From NCBI GenBank assembly GCA_963737065.1, contig CAVTRC010000002.1:96001-160000 (forward strand): DNA of 64,000 nucleotides, written 5' to 3'. Origin of the DNA: Candidatus Eremiobacteria bacterium (lineage in GTDB: Bacteria > Vulcanimicrobiota > Vulcanimicrobiia > Vulcanimicrobiales > Vulcanimicrobiaceae). Of this stretch, positions 28,201 to 36,885 are shown in pieces; positions within the stretch are counted from its first letter, which is position 1; each line of letters opens with the position of its first letter. The notes beneath the pieces were generated by a model, which saw nothing but the letters and a program-made list of their open reading frames with translations, had not been told where the DNA came from and searched no databases. A program made the translations under genes and the position numbers.

Positions 28201-28917
28201 GCAAATCCGTATTGGAATGCGTCGCCGCAAGCGTTGCTCGACCCGAACGGAAAGTATCTGCCCTATTCGACGATTCCCGGCGGCATCGGAACGGGTGTCA
28301 ACGCATACACCTATCCGTACGTCGCGACACTGATATTGCAGTGGAAGCACAAGAAGTTCTCGATTTCGCCGTCCTTCCAGTATGTCGCCGGCAATCGCTA
28401 CGGTGCCCCGGAGACGACCCCCGGCGTTGATCCGACGACGTGTGCGGCGGCGCTGGGATCTGCAGCCGGCGATCCGCGGTATCCCTACGGTGCGTCGGGC
28501 GGTGCATCATACGATGCGACGCAATGCACCGGCACGATCGTGATCCCGGATCCGTACACGCGGCAGTTCGACAACCTTGGCGCGTTCCGTGAACCGGCGC
28601 AGTTGATCGGGCATTTGCGCGTCAGCTACGACTTCACGCCGCGCATCAACGCGACGGTCACGTTCGCAAATCTCCTAAGCACGTGTTTCGGCGGACAGCA
28701 GACCGCGTTCACATATTACGGGAGGAACAACGTCTGCTCGTATGGACCTGTGGATCAAGGTATCGTCGGCCCCGTCGGAAACGATTACAATCCGGGCGAT
28801 AACATACAAACGAACCTGCGGTATCCGTACGAGCCGTCATTCGGAACGTATAACGATGCCACGAGTTCGATCATCAATCCGTTCTCGGTATACTTCGAAT
28901 TGAAACTGCGAGTCTAG
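25204..28917 (+). CDS. TonB-dependent receptor with N-terminal carboxypeptidase-regulatory-like domain
   Basis: Signal peptide, GAITGTVTDESGAPIAAAKV, plug motif VRGG..EVGYEFDGIPVN, NLGLRWD, QPRLGATY, terminal beta strand. Confidence 0.88.
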   Translation: MTQGSWFRRVFGSLGVVVLAITVAPVTAYAGTTGAITGTVTDESGAPIAAAKVTASSPSQTVSVNSDAAGHFAFVSLAPDEYTMSSDKNGYDPLSVAGVGVFADQTQVVNLRMRKTLKTIARVTSQTAGTLVRAGTTSDVYSINSAAQDRASVLGGGGNLNSAYSAIATVPGAYVPTNQAGYNQAVHVRGGDSSEVGYEFDGIPVNRGFDNYPAGSASSLGQTELQVYTGATPANAEAQGLAGFINQVIKTGTYPGYGSLDGTIGSPTFYHSLNVEAGGSTPDRRFSYYVGVGGFNQDHRYIDQWNGEAYANEFGNVADQCPAPGTGYVLPPSCFTNGAPNLSAGGAPGYILGPMPFADLAAGVQDRTTVMNFHLRIPHGTQGISDDIQLLYDNDSIQTPLYISPLDEGLQNFQGSTYPPGTLPYYVDAFTYKGQTGSLFSDANVAQIRPYYFPSSPTNRPFNNPYNIYTLGEAPAAFIPLTTRDVQYNNQAIVKLQYQRNFSSDTFLRVYGYTYYSDYVGTGDVSSWQPYSGFDSNDYAVNSHTRGASLNFTTQLNGNHLLQFEGQYVTSSSLRANNTSMYGGTDGFAVLVNPSDLKSGTCYTLPTSGTAATTAPCRATSSPIAANVYPTYASLSASATLGYPTDGTSDLSTAGLAGFTCGSGPCALYTVESGLNGKYNAVTPNFSGLSLTDEWRPTDKWLINLGLRWDQYQYVGDNTTATPARTFWFNAFNQDTCYDTATLTLLDKSTLEPGTFDASTPCSSLGPNLAAANLQNIPSQVFTYDIVQPRLGATYTFNPDTVVRASYGKYIEQPSAAYEQYDSLSQNLPDQLVPFYSLGFTTPGHDVRPSVSYNYDFSYERHFKGTDMSLKITPFLRQTHDQIENFYLSIKQGFISGLNAGNQTSQGFELAFTKGDFNRDGLAAQLGFAYTYAYLKFSPLDNGTTVLSPINADIQTYNGFTSYCFGHRSDARCGVNSANAAPCYADGVADPACAAAGTIANPYWNASPQALLDPNGKYLPYSTIPGGIGTGVNAYTYPYVATLILQWKHKKFSISPSFQYVAGNRYGAPETTPGVDPTTCAAALGSAAGDPRYPYGASGGASYDATQCTGTIVIPDPYTRQFDNLGAFREPAQLIGHLRVSYDFTPRINATVTFANLLSTCFGGQQTAFTYYGRNNVCSYGPVDQGIVGPVGNDYNPGDNIQTNLRYPYEPSFGTYNDATSSIINPFSVYFELKLRV

Positions 28918-28976
28918 TGAGGAGCGTGGCGGCAGCCGGTCGCGCTGCCGCCCACACTCAGTCTCACGTTGTCTAC

Positions 28977-29005
28977 TTGCGAGGACTCACGGCCTTTGGT
29001 ATCGT
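28977..29005 (+). promoter_or_regulatory. Sigma70-type promoter of tRNA-Tyr/tRNA-Gly
   Basis: TTGCGA-N17-TATCGT with TG extension. Confidence 0.55.
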
Positions 29006-29059
29006 ACCGTGGTGAGCCGTCCGGGAACGCTTCGGTTCCCGCGTTCAGCGGAACCTCAT

Positions 29060-29144
29060 GGGTAGGTGGTCGAGTGGTTAAAGGCACCGGACTGTAAATT
29101 CGGCGCGCGAAAGCGCTACGCTGGTTCGAATCCAGCCCTGCCCA
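29060..29144 (+). tRNA. tRNA-Tyr(GTA)
   Basis: Acceptor GGGTAGG/CCTGCCC, arm CCGGA-CTGTAAA-TTCGG, long variable arm, TTCGAAT loop. Confidence 0.96.
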
Positions 29145-29157
29145 GAGTTCCCCGCAT

Positions 29158-29231
29158 GCGGGCGTTGCATAGTGGTAGTGCCTCTGCCTTCCAAGCAGAT
29201 AGCGCGAGTTCGATTCTCGCCGCCCGCTCCA
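29158..29231 (+). tRNA. tRNA-Gly(TCC)
   Basis: GCGGGCG/CGCCCGC, TCTGC-CTTCCAA-GCAGA, encoded TCCA end. Confidence 0.96.
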
Positions 29232-29264
29232 TCGCGATTTCGAAGTTCAACGCGGAGGCCTGCC

Positions 29265-29498
29265 ATGTGGCAGCCCATCATTCGATCGTATCTCTATGTA
29301 CGGTCGTATTTCATTAGTGCGAAACACGAAGCGCGTCGTCAATTTTCCAAAATTAAAGTGGCCGCAGCGCTCGTTGAAGCAGGTATCGTGTATTTTTTCT
29401 GTTTCGAGAGAACCACAGGTACGATCGTTCTCGCTGAAGATCCGTCGCGAACATTTCATCGCGTCAAAGTAAAGAAGGGCCGATTCGATCCGGCGTAA
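29265..29498 (+). CDS. Possible small hypothetical protein, 77 aa
   Basis: GGAGG RBS just before ATG; AT-rich, no recognised motif. Confidence 0.35.
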   Translation: MWQPIIRSYLYVRSYFISAKHEARRQFSKIKVAAALVEAGIVYFFCFERTTGTIVLAEDPSRTFHRVKVKKGRFDPA

Positions 29499-29775
29499 TT
29501 ATTTTTAGGCGCTACAGTGCGCATGAGACCGCCGAAGATTTAGCAATGCACCGCTGTGCGGGACGGATGGACCACTTTGGCGTGTATTGTCCGCACAATC
29601 GCGACTGCTACCTGGTCGCTGTGTAAAAGTCGGGTCAGTGCGATCTCCGTATTGCATCGTGCCAACACGCTCAAGGTACGAAGATCAGAGGGCTGAGCAG
29701 TACTTGACCCGGGAACCTCGGAACGGAAGACAGTAGGTTCGGAGACCACCAGCGGAGTATCGTTGGGTGTCCTTT

Positions 29776-29847
29776 GCCGTTGTAGCTCAGTGGTAGAGCA
29801 TTTCCTTGGTAAGGAAAAGGCCACGGGTTCAATCCCCGTCAACGGCT
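29776..29847 (+). tRNA. tRNA-Thr(GGT)
   Basis: GCCGTTG/CAACGGC, TTTCC-TTGGTAA-GGAAA. Confidence 0.96.
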
Positions 29848-29852
29848 CATGT

Positions 29853-29888
29853 AAAAGAACCCGGCGTCTTTGCGCCGGGTTCTTCGTT
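29853..29888. terminator. Intrinsic terminator after tRNA-Thr(GGT)
   Basis: AAGAACCCGGCG-tctttg-CGCCGGGTTCTT. Confidence 0.75.
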
Positions 29889-29927
29889 CGTTGCCGATCA
29901 TTGCGGATCGTCAATTATCGCGGCACG

Positions 29928-30353
29928 CTATTCCATCGTTGCGTTAGTGGCTGCGAACTTGTACACGCCGTTTCGCGCCGTCACTGCTGTGCCGACGATC
30001 GTGCCGTTTTCTACCGTGCCGGTTACGCGCGTCGGATGCGCTGCGCCGATCAGCAAGAACACGTTCGAGCCGCTGATCCCGCCGCTTACAGGGACGAATT
30101 GCGCGATGTTGTCGTCGGTGCGATAGAATCCGCTGACGATGCCGTCTCGCGACGTGCGAATATGAAGCGTGCCGGTCACCGGATAGGCGATATCTTGATT
30201 GATCGGCTGTAGGTTCGTCGAATAGACGACCGTGCGATCCGTATACGTTGAGGCAGCGTAAGCAGTCGCCGGCACGACAACCATTGCGCCTACTGCGAGA
30301 GCGAGCGTTAGAGGCGCCGCCATACGTTGGAAGAATTGGAACAGTGTATTCAC
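29928..30353 (-). CDS. Secreted beta-rich hypothetical protein (start approximate)
   Basis: Signal peptide ending AYA, followed by strand-like T/V/G-rich sequence. Confidence 0.7.
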   Translation of the reverse strand: MNTLFQFFQRMAAPLTLALAVGAMVVVPATAYAASTYTDRTVVYSTNLQPINQDIAYPVTGTLHIRTSRDGIVSGFYRTDDNIAQFVPVSGGISGSNVFLLIGAAHPTRVTGTVENGTIVGTAVTARNGVYKFAATNATME

Positions 30354-30544
30354 AATTTGTATAACGCGTGCGGCCGCTCGTGCGTTGCGGGAGAACGGAT
30401 CGGCGCACATTCCCACACCGAATTCTCATTAGAAGTTCATGAACGCACTTTAGCGTGCGCGCGGTGCGCGCTCCATATGGCTTAACGCGCTTCGTCCAAA
30501 TCGCCCTTTCCTTACTACATGCAATGACTAGCATCCAAGAAGTA

Positions 30545-31333
30545 ATGGTGACAAAGGTTGCTCGTGGCGTCGGTGTTGCGGCCTTCGCGCTCGCGGCACT
30601 CGCGCTTAGCGCGTGTGGTGGCGGGAGCGGCGGAAGCGGAACGGTCCCGACCTCCGCGCCGACGGCTACACCACCGCCGTTGACGCCCACTCCACCGCCG
30701 ACTCCTACTCCGGGCCCCCCGGGTCCATCATCGGAAAACGTCCTCGCGAGCGAAGGTTCCGTAAACGGAAAACCCGACGCGTATACTCCGACGTTCGGAA
30801 ACATGCCCTCCGGTGGCCAAGGCGCCCCTGTCGACGGCGTCCCATGCATGCCCGTAATGCCGAATGCCTATCACATTCATGTGTTCCTCGGTGTGTATGA
30901 CAACGGCACGTACGTTGCATTGCCGTATGGAACCGGAATGGTGAACCCGCAACCGCCGGTAAACGGCTTCGTGGGCTCGGCGCAGTGTTTCTACTACAAT
31001 CACACGCACGACTCGAGCGGTATCATACACATCGAAGATCCGGATCTCACGGGCGCGCCGATCTCGCAGTCGCTCTACACGCTAAAAACGTATCTCGATA
31101 TTTGGGGCGTTACGGCGGACGCGACGCATTTCGGTCCGTTCCGCGGGCCCGTCCGTGTTTTCACTTCCGGTCAGGTGTTTCTGCCGCCGGGCAGCGCAGT
31201 CGTCCACGCGAGCACGTACGCGTTTTACGGTCCGAACCCGACGAACATCCCGCTCTATTCGCACGAAGTCATCTGGGTCGAAGTGGGTCCAAACTTCCCG
31301 GCGTCGCTGCCGAATATACGCTTCTATTACTAA
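30545..31333 (+). CDS. Lipoprotein with Pro/Thr linker and His-rich domain
   Basis: Lipobox LSAC-GGG, PT linker, YHIH and HTHDSSGIIHIE motifs. Confidence 0.8.
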   Translation: MVTKVARGVGVAAFALAALALSACGGGSGGSGTVPTSAPTATPPPLTPTPPPTPTPGPPGPSSENVLASEGSVNGKPDAYTPTFGNMPSGGQGAPVDGVPCMPVMPNAYHIHVFLGVYDNGTYVALPYGTGMVNPQPPVNGFVGSAQCFYYNHTHDSSGIIHIEDPDLTGAPISQSLYTLKTYLDIWGVTADATHFGPFRGPVRVFTSGQVFLPPGSAVVHASTYAFYGPNPTNIPLYSHEVIWVEVGPNFPASLPNIRFYY

Positions 31334-31352
31334 GCTTGAAGCGCTCGAAAGC

Positions 31353-31380
31353 AGCGGCCTCAACTTTACGTGAGGCCGCT
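31353..31380. terminator. Hairpin between convergent genes
   Basis: AGCGGCCTCA-N8-TGAGGCCGCT. Confidence 0.55.
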
Positions 31381-31403
31381 CTTCGGTTTGCTGCGATGCC
31401 GCA

Positions 31404-31727
31404 TTATCGAATGGTGGTGGTCCGGCTTCCGCCGCGAAGGCCGAACAAGCCGATCAATCCCAGTAACCCGAGCCATCCCCAGTTACCCGAATTGCCGGCG
31501 GCATTCGTGGTCGTCGACGTCATCGTGCCGGTCGTCCCGTTCGCAGCAGCGGCGGCGGGCGAGCCGGTTACGGCTGCAGCCGGCGATCCCGTGACCGCCG
31601 TGCCGGGCGCGGATGTGTCCGTAGCCGGCGACGAGGTATTCATCGCTTGCGCGGCCGCTTCCATTGGAACGGCGATCGCGAGTAACGCGAATGCCAGCGA
31701 TGCCGCAAGTTTACGTGAGCCTCTCAT
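31404..31727 (-). CDS. WGxxGxxG-CTERM domain secreted protein
   Basis: Signal peptide, A/T/S low-complexity body, C-terminal GNWGWLGLLGLIGLFGLR. Confidence 0.88.
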   Translation of the reverse strand: MRGSRKLAASLAFALLAIAVPMEAAAQAMNTSSPATDTSAPGTAVTGSPAAAVTGSPAAAAANGTTGTMTSTTTNAAGNSGNWGWLGLLGLIGLFGLRGGSRTTTIR

Positions 31728-31846
31728 CGTGCCTCCTCATGTAATGTCTACACGAACATGTATCCCGAAACGGTCCGGCTAAACGTACGGGATATCGCTT
31801 CCTCGCTATGCGAATCCGGTGCGTTATTACCGGCGTTACTAGACAT

Positions 31847-32248
31847 ATGGACGAACCGACGACGATAAAGAAGAACGAACGAGAGTGGCTTGACGAGCTC
31901 GGCCCCGAACGCTATGCCATCCTGCGCCAGGCCGGGACAGAACGGCCCTTCAGCGGTTCGCTGCTGAACGTTCGGGATGACGGAGCGTTCGTGTGCGGCG
32001 CCTGCGGAAACGAATTATTTTCCTCAGATTCAAAATTCGACTCGCATTGCGGATGGCCGTCGTTCACCCATCCCGAGCAACAGAAAAACGTGCGCCTCGT
32101 AGAAGACCGCAGCCACGGCATGCTTCGCACCGAAGTGCGATGCGCGCGTTGCGATTCGCATCTCGGCCATGTCTTCGATGACGGACCCGGTCCGCGTGGG
32201 ACGCGGTACTGCATCAACTCGCTCTCGCTCGACTTCAAGGGGCGGTGA
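31847..32248 (+). CDS. msrB: Peptide-methionine (R)-S-oxide reductase
   Basis: GTERPFSG, CxxC, KFDSHCGWPSF, RTEVRCARCDSHLGHVFDDGP, RYCINS. Confidence 0.96.
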   Translation: MDEPTTIKKNEREWLDELGPERYAILRQAGTERPFSGSLLNVRDDGAFVCGACGNELFSSDSKFDSHCGWPSFTHPEQQKNVRLVEDRSHGMLRTEVRCARCDSHLGHVFDDGPGPRGTRYCINSLSLDFKGR

Positions 32249-32885
32249 TGTCGGGTGCGCTTTCCGGGCGCGATTCGAGCGTGCCGGTGGTCGTGGTTGT
32301 TTCGTGGAATGGGCGCGACGTCTGCTGCCAGCATTCCGAGATAGCTTGACGGCTGCGATCGACGGTTGCCGAATCGATTGTGAGTCCGTTCGTCTGCAAT
32401 TCGCGGATAACGATCCCTGGGACGTATTCGCCGATCTTCATGATGGCGTTCGCGTAGTCCGCGAGGTGCCGTTTGGCGACCTCCGCAATGTCGCGGTCGT
32501 TCATTGCATCCGCGGTCGTTATCAACTCCGAATATACGATCGTGCAGAGCGCGAGCGCCGTGTAGTCGTCTCGCATCGACTTCGACACATTCGATGCATT
32601 CGATTTTCGAATCTTATCGAACGCGCCCGTTAGCGCGCCTTCGACTTGCGTCACGGCGCTCTTGATCGGCGATGCTTCACTGCCGCCAAGCCGCTCCAAT
32701 TGCGCGACGAGTGCGTCGATGTGCATGTCCGAGAGCGCCACGAGACGCGTGACGACGTCTGCAGCATCGGAGTATTCCATCACGTCTTTGTCGGTATGCT
32801 GTGTGTCGAAAGATTTACGAATGTCGCGCTCGAGCGCCAACACGTCCCTCACATACGTGGCGAGGCTTTGCTGCTCGTTTCCCAT
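32235..32885 (-). CDS. Ferritin-like four-helix protein (DUF892-like)
   Basis: YVRDVLALE, HIDAL..LERLG, RDDYTAL helical pattern. Confidence 0.65.
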   Translation of the reverse strand: MGNEQQSLATYVRDVLALERDIRKSFDTQHTDKDVMEYSDAADVVTRLVALSDMHIDALVAQLERLGGSEASPIKSAVTQVEGALTGAFDKIRKSNASNVSKSMRDDYTALALCTIVYSELITTADAMNDRDIAEVAKRHLADYANAIMKIGEYVPGIVIRELQTNGLTIDSATVDRSRQAISECWQQTSRPFHETTTTTGTLESRPESAPDITAP

Positions 32886-32996
32886 GGCGACGTTCTACCC
32901 GGCGAGATAGCAGGCGAAAGCGATTGTCGTCCTGCGAACGAACGCACTCTCGTCGGGCCGTCGCTTGCTACAATGAGCGAAAAGGAGTTGCTCGAT

Positions 32997-33317
32997 ATGG
33001 CGGTTTTCGATCGCATGACCACGCCCGATATTTCGCGGCGTGAGGAAATGGCATTCCAGCTAGCGATCCTTCAGGACGCCTCGCGCCAGGCGGACGAGTA
33101 CTGGGGAAACTGGCTTTGGCGCCGCGATCAACCGTCATACGGTCCGAGCGGCGCACTGATCGACGCACTGTGCGACCGTTATGATATCGCGACGATCAAG
33201 GGCGCGTGGCTGAAGTGGTTCGACGTGTTAACCAGTTGGGAATTCGTCGACGCGCTTACCGGACGCGATATCCGAGGGATGCTGGACGAAACCGAACTCT
33301 TTCGATCAGCGCGCTGA
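32997..33317 (+). CDS. Hypothetical protein
   Basis: AAGGAG RBS before ATG 32997, TACAAT upstream; Trp-rich helical sequence. Confidence 0.6.
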   Translation: MAVFDRMTTPDISRREEMAFQLAILQDASRQADEYWGNWLWRRDQPSYGPSGALIDALCDRYDIATIKGAWLKWFDVLTSWEFVDALTGRDIRGMLDETELFRSAR

Positions 33318-33710
33318 AGAGTCGTTCGATCCACTCGCGTAGGTAGCCGAGTACCGCGGAGCTTCGCCCGGCGCGTCGCATAACAGCACGACGGGTTTCG
33401 AAGCCGGACGTGAGCAGACCGGCAAGCATAAGCTCGGCTGTCCGGTCGGCGAGCAAAAGTGCACCAGCGCACGCAAGTCGGTGCACGACGCACACTGGCG
33501 TTGCCATGTTCGTAGCTGATCTTTTTTTGCCGAACTAGCAGCGCGCGTCTGCGCTTTGAGAAGTTGGTCATCCGTACTGCATCGCCGTTTCTGTACGGAC
33601 GGCAGTGTTTGCTTGCGACTTCTTGCGGGAACGAACGTCGCAAGCCGCCGGGAGGAATGCACTTGTACGAAGTCCAGCGCGGGTCGCGGAGCGTCATTGG
33701 AACGACCGCG

Positions 33711-34451
33711 ATGCAGCAGCATGCGATGTTCGGCAACCACCTGTTGGATGCGCTGCCGCGAGAAGAGGTCGCGCGCTTATCTGCGCATCTTCGCCGGGTC
33801 TTTCTTCATCGCGGGCAAGTTCTCGCATCGCCGGGTGAAGCTGCGGAATTCGTTTACTTCCCGATCGATGCACTTCTATGGAGCTGGACGACGACGACGG
33901 GCGCGGAGCGGCCAACATCGTTGTTGACGACCGGCCGGCGCGGCGCGATGTCGCTCGACAGTTTGCTCGAATTGCCGTCCACGCACGGTCACGTTGCGGT
34001 TCTTTCACCAGGCAGTGCATGGCGCGTCTCGTGCACGGCACTCGAAACGCTCTCGCACGCGAACGATTCGCCGATACGCCGCATTCTCACTCGCTTCGCA
34101 TATGCATCTTTCGCCGTGTGTGCATACCGGCTGGCATGCAATTCCGAACACAACGTCGATCGCCGGCTCGCGCGCTGGCTGCTGTTCATTATGGACGAAA
34201 CAGGGAAGCCGGAAGCCTCGCTGACGCACCAGCAGATTGCCGACGTTGCGGCAATCCGCCGTCCCTCCGTTTCGCTCGCTTTCTCGGATCTCCAACGTCG
34301 CGGGATCGTCCGCGTGCATCACGGGCTCGTGCAAATCCTCGATCGCGAACGGTTGGAGCGCGAAACGTGCCCCTGTTATACGGCGATTCGCGGCGCACTT
34401 GACGATGCGTTGACGTGCGAAAACGTTGCGGAGCTTAGTGCCAGCGGATAA
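33711..34451 (+). CDS. Crp/Fnr family transcriptional regulator (start approximate)
   Basis: NHLLDALP, VYFP, ACNSEH.VDRRLARWLL, LTHQQIAD...RRPSVS HTH, C.CY. Confidence 0.88.
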   Translation: MQQHAMFGNHLLDALPREEVARLSAHLRRVFLHRGQVLASPGEAAEFVYFPIDALLWSWTTTTGAERPTSLLTTGRRGAMSLDSLLELPSTHGHVAVLSPGSAWRVSCTALETLSHANDSPIRRILTRFAYASFAVCAYRLACNSEHNVDRRLARWLLFIMDETGKPEASLTHQQIADVAAIRRPSVSLAFSDLQRRGIVRVHHGLVQILDRERLERETCPCYTAIRGALDDALTCENVAELSASG

Positions 34452-35679
34452 ACGCGAGCGACGCGATCGTGATGACCGCGGTCACGACCCATCCCGCCGT
34501 CGCGAGCCACGCCGGCGCGATATTCCCGGACATCGTCCGTTCGGAACGACTGAGCATCACCAGTAAACCGAGCGTTACCGGCGTTCCGAAGCCGCCGGCA
34601 ATGGATGCCCAAAAGAGCAATTTGATGGGTGGTATGTGGAGCAATGCAAGCGCCGTTGCCGTCGCGACGCCGACAAATAATGTTGCATAAAAACGTCGCG
34701 CTTCGCGCCAGCCTTTATCGAGCGAGCCACCCCAGCGGAACGTTGAGCTTACTGCGCTAGCCGTCCCCGCGGCGAGCACGGGGAGCGCTAGCATCGCCGA
34801 ACCGAATAGTCCGATGCCGAAGATATCCGCAGCCCATTTACCGGCAATCGGCGCGAGCGCTTGCGCGGCCTGTTGCGCGGTGTCAACGCTCTTGTTGTGA
34901 ACGCCCAGCGTCGCAGCCGTTCCGATCAATATGAACCACAAGACCGCGCCGGTGATCACCGTGCCCGGAATCGACGCAAGCTGGAGCGCCCACACGGCGC
35001 GTTTCGGCGGAGCTTCCGCCGCGATTTCTACGGTTTGCCAATAATATGAATAGGTCGTGAGCGATGTGCCGATCAAAGCGATCACGGTTGAAATGAAGTC
35101 GTTGTTGTTGCGCAGCCGCGGAATCAGTCCGCGAGCGACCTCGTGCCAGTTGGGATGAACCAAAAATGTCGTCGCTACGTACGCGAGGAACGCGAGAGGC
35201 ATGACGATGAGCACGCGTCGCACGCGCTCCATCGAGCCGAAGATCAGCAATAGCAAAACGGCGATCGAGATCGGAAGAAGAAACCACACATACGGTATGG
35301 GCGAGAGCAAGTTCAGCGCCGCGGCTCCGGCCTCTAAATCCGCGGCATACGTGATCGTATTTACGAGAAGGATGCACGTTAGCGAAAGCATAGCGATCCA
35401 AAAGCCGTAGCGGCGGCGTACCGCGGACTGCAGGCCTTCGCGGCTCATTGCGGCTACTTGCGTCCCAATCAATTGCACGACCGTAAACATCGGCACGATC
35501 AGTATGACGAGCCATTCAAGCCCGTAGACGAGCGACGCGCCGGCGATTGCAAGCGTTGCGACCGTCGTCGGATCCACGTCGGCCGCCGCGCTGACGATCC
35601 CGGAGACAAACGAAGCCTTCGATGCTTCGAGCGCCTCGGGGTCTTGCAGAATTTGACCGAGAGTCTCTTCGTTTTCCAA
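34435..35679 (-). CDS. NRAMP-like divalent metal transporter
   Basis: AADVDPTTVAT (DPxx motif), many TM segments, LIGTSLTTYSYYWQ. Confidence 0.82.
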   Translation of the reverse strand: MENEETLGQILQDPEALEASKASFVSGIVSAAADVDPTTVATLAIAGASLVYGLEWLVILIVPMFTVVQLIGTQVAAMSREGLQSAVRRRYGFWIAMLSLTCILLVNTITYAADLEAGAAALNLLSPIPYVWFLLPISIAVLLLLIFGSMERVRRVLIVMPLAFLAYVATTFLVHPNWHEVARGLIPRLRNNNDFISTVIALIGTSLTTYSYYWQTVEIAAEAPPKRAVWALQLASIPGTVITGAVLWFILIGTAATLGVHNKSVDTAQQAAQALAPIAGKWAADIFGIGLFGSAMLALPVLAAGTASAVSSTFRWGGSLDKGWREARRFYATLFVGVATATALALLHIPPIKLLFWASIAGGFGTPVTLGLLVMLSRSERTMSGNIAPAWLATAGWVVTAVITIASLAFIRWH

Positions 35680-35682
35680 ACG

Positions 35683-36864
35683 CTATGCCGTCACGAGACG
35701 TTGGGCGTGGACATGGCGGTCGGGCGTCGCGGCGGTTGACGGTAAGAGTTCGACCTTTAACCAACCCGGTTCGTGCCGGTCGAAGCATTCATAGGCCGAA
35801 ATCGCGTCCGTCATCGGCTGCCGCTTCGTGAGTAGACGCGCCGGTGAAATCGTCCCGTCTGCCACCATACGAACGAGCTTCGGCAAGTAGCGGCGGTGCG
35901 GGCAGTCGCCCATGCGAATCGTGAGATTCTTCCCGAACGCTTTGCCGATCGGAAATTGCGTCTGCGTTGCCGGATAAACGCCGATCAGCGAGACGTGCCC
36001 TGCTTTTGCAGCCATTTCGACCGCCCATTCCAGCGCCTGCGACGGCGCGTTGCCGGGCGCGAACCGTTTGCTCGGGGGTCCGGATTCGCTGTACGCGTCG
36101 ATGCCGACGGCATCGATGACGCAATCCGCTCCGATGCCGGCCGTAACCGATTTGACACTTTCCACCGGATCGCTCTGCGCGAAATCGATCGTCTCCGCGC
36201 CCTGTGCACGCGCCATGTCCAGACGATCCTCGACGCAGTCGATCGCAACGATGCGTCCGGCATCCATCAGTTTTGCGCTCGCGATCGCGAGTTGTCCGAC
36301 CGGTCCGCAGCCAAGTACGATCACGAGGTGGCCGGGTTTGATCGACGCCATATCTGCGGCGAAGTACGACGTCGGAAAGATATCGGAGAGGACGATCGCA
36401 TCATCATCGCTCACTTCGTCTGGAAGCTTTATTGCGCCGACGTTTGCAAACGGGATGCGCGCGTATTCCGCTTGCAACCCGTCAATGCCGCCGGCTTCTT
36501 CAGGTCCACCGAAAAATGCGGTGTTCTGAGGATTCTTCGAATTGGCGTTATTGCATTTGGAGTAATACGATGCACGGCAATAGGAGCAGTTACCGCAAGC
36601 GATCGTCGAACCGACGACGACGCGGTCGCCCGGCTTGAGGTTACGGCACGCGTCGCCGGCTTCTTCAACGATGCCAACGGCTTCATGGCCGATAATGCGG
36701 CCCTTTTTCATTCCGGGAAACGAGCCGCGCACGAAATGTAGATCGGTGCCACAGATCGCGCTCGCCGTAATGCGGATGATCGCGTCGGTCGGTTCTTGGA
36801 TGCGCGGGTCAGGAACGTCATCGAGTCGGACGTCTCCCACGCCGTGATAGACGACGGCTTTCAA
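35683..36864 (-). CDS. Zinc-dependent alcohol/formaldehyde dehydrogenase-like protein
   Basis: ICGTDLH, GHEAVG, CGNCSYC..C, LSDIFPT, GCGPVG. Confidence 0.92.
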   Translation of the reverse strand: MKAVVYHGVGDVRLDDVPDPRIQEPTDAIIRITASAICGTDLHFVRGSFPGMKKGRIIGHEAVGIVEEAGDACRNLKPGDRVVVGSTIACGNCSYCRASYYSKCNNANSKNPQNTAFFGGPEEAGGIDGLQAEYARIPFANVGAIKLPDEVSDDDAIVLSDIFPTSYFAADMASIKPGHLVIVLGCGPVGQLAIASAKLMDAGRIVAIDCVEDRLDMARAQGAETIDFAQSDPVESVKSVTAGIGADCVIDAVGIDAYSESGPPSKRFAPGNAPSQALEWAVEMAAKAGHVSLIGVYPATQTQFPIGKAFGKNLTIRMGDCPHRRYLPKLVRMVADGTISPARLLTKRQPMTDAISAYECFDRHEPGWLKVELLPSTAATPDRHVHAQRLVTA

Positions 36865-36885
36865 GCGTTACCTCACAGAGGGAAG

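Noticed and set aside
29713..29740. SRP RNA domain IV or L10-leader look-alike (CTCGGAACGGAAGACAGTAGG)
   Set aside because: The bases flanking GGAA do not pair as in SRP helix 8, and the real L10 leader is at 59318.
33256..33507. 83-aa minus-strand ORF
   Set aside because: Overlaps the convergent gene, with no RBS or recognisable motif.
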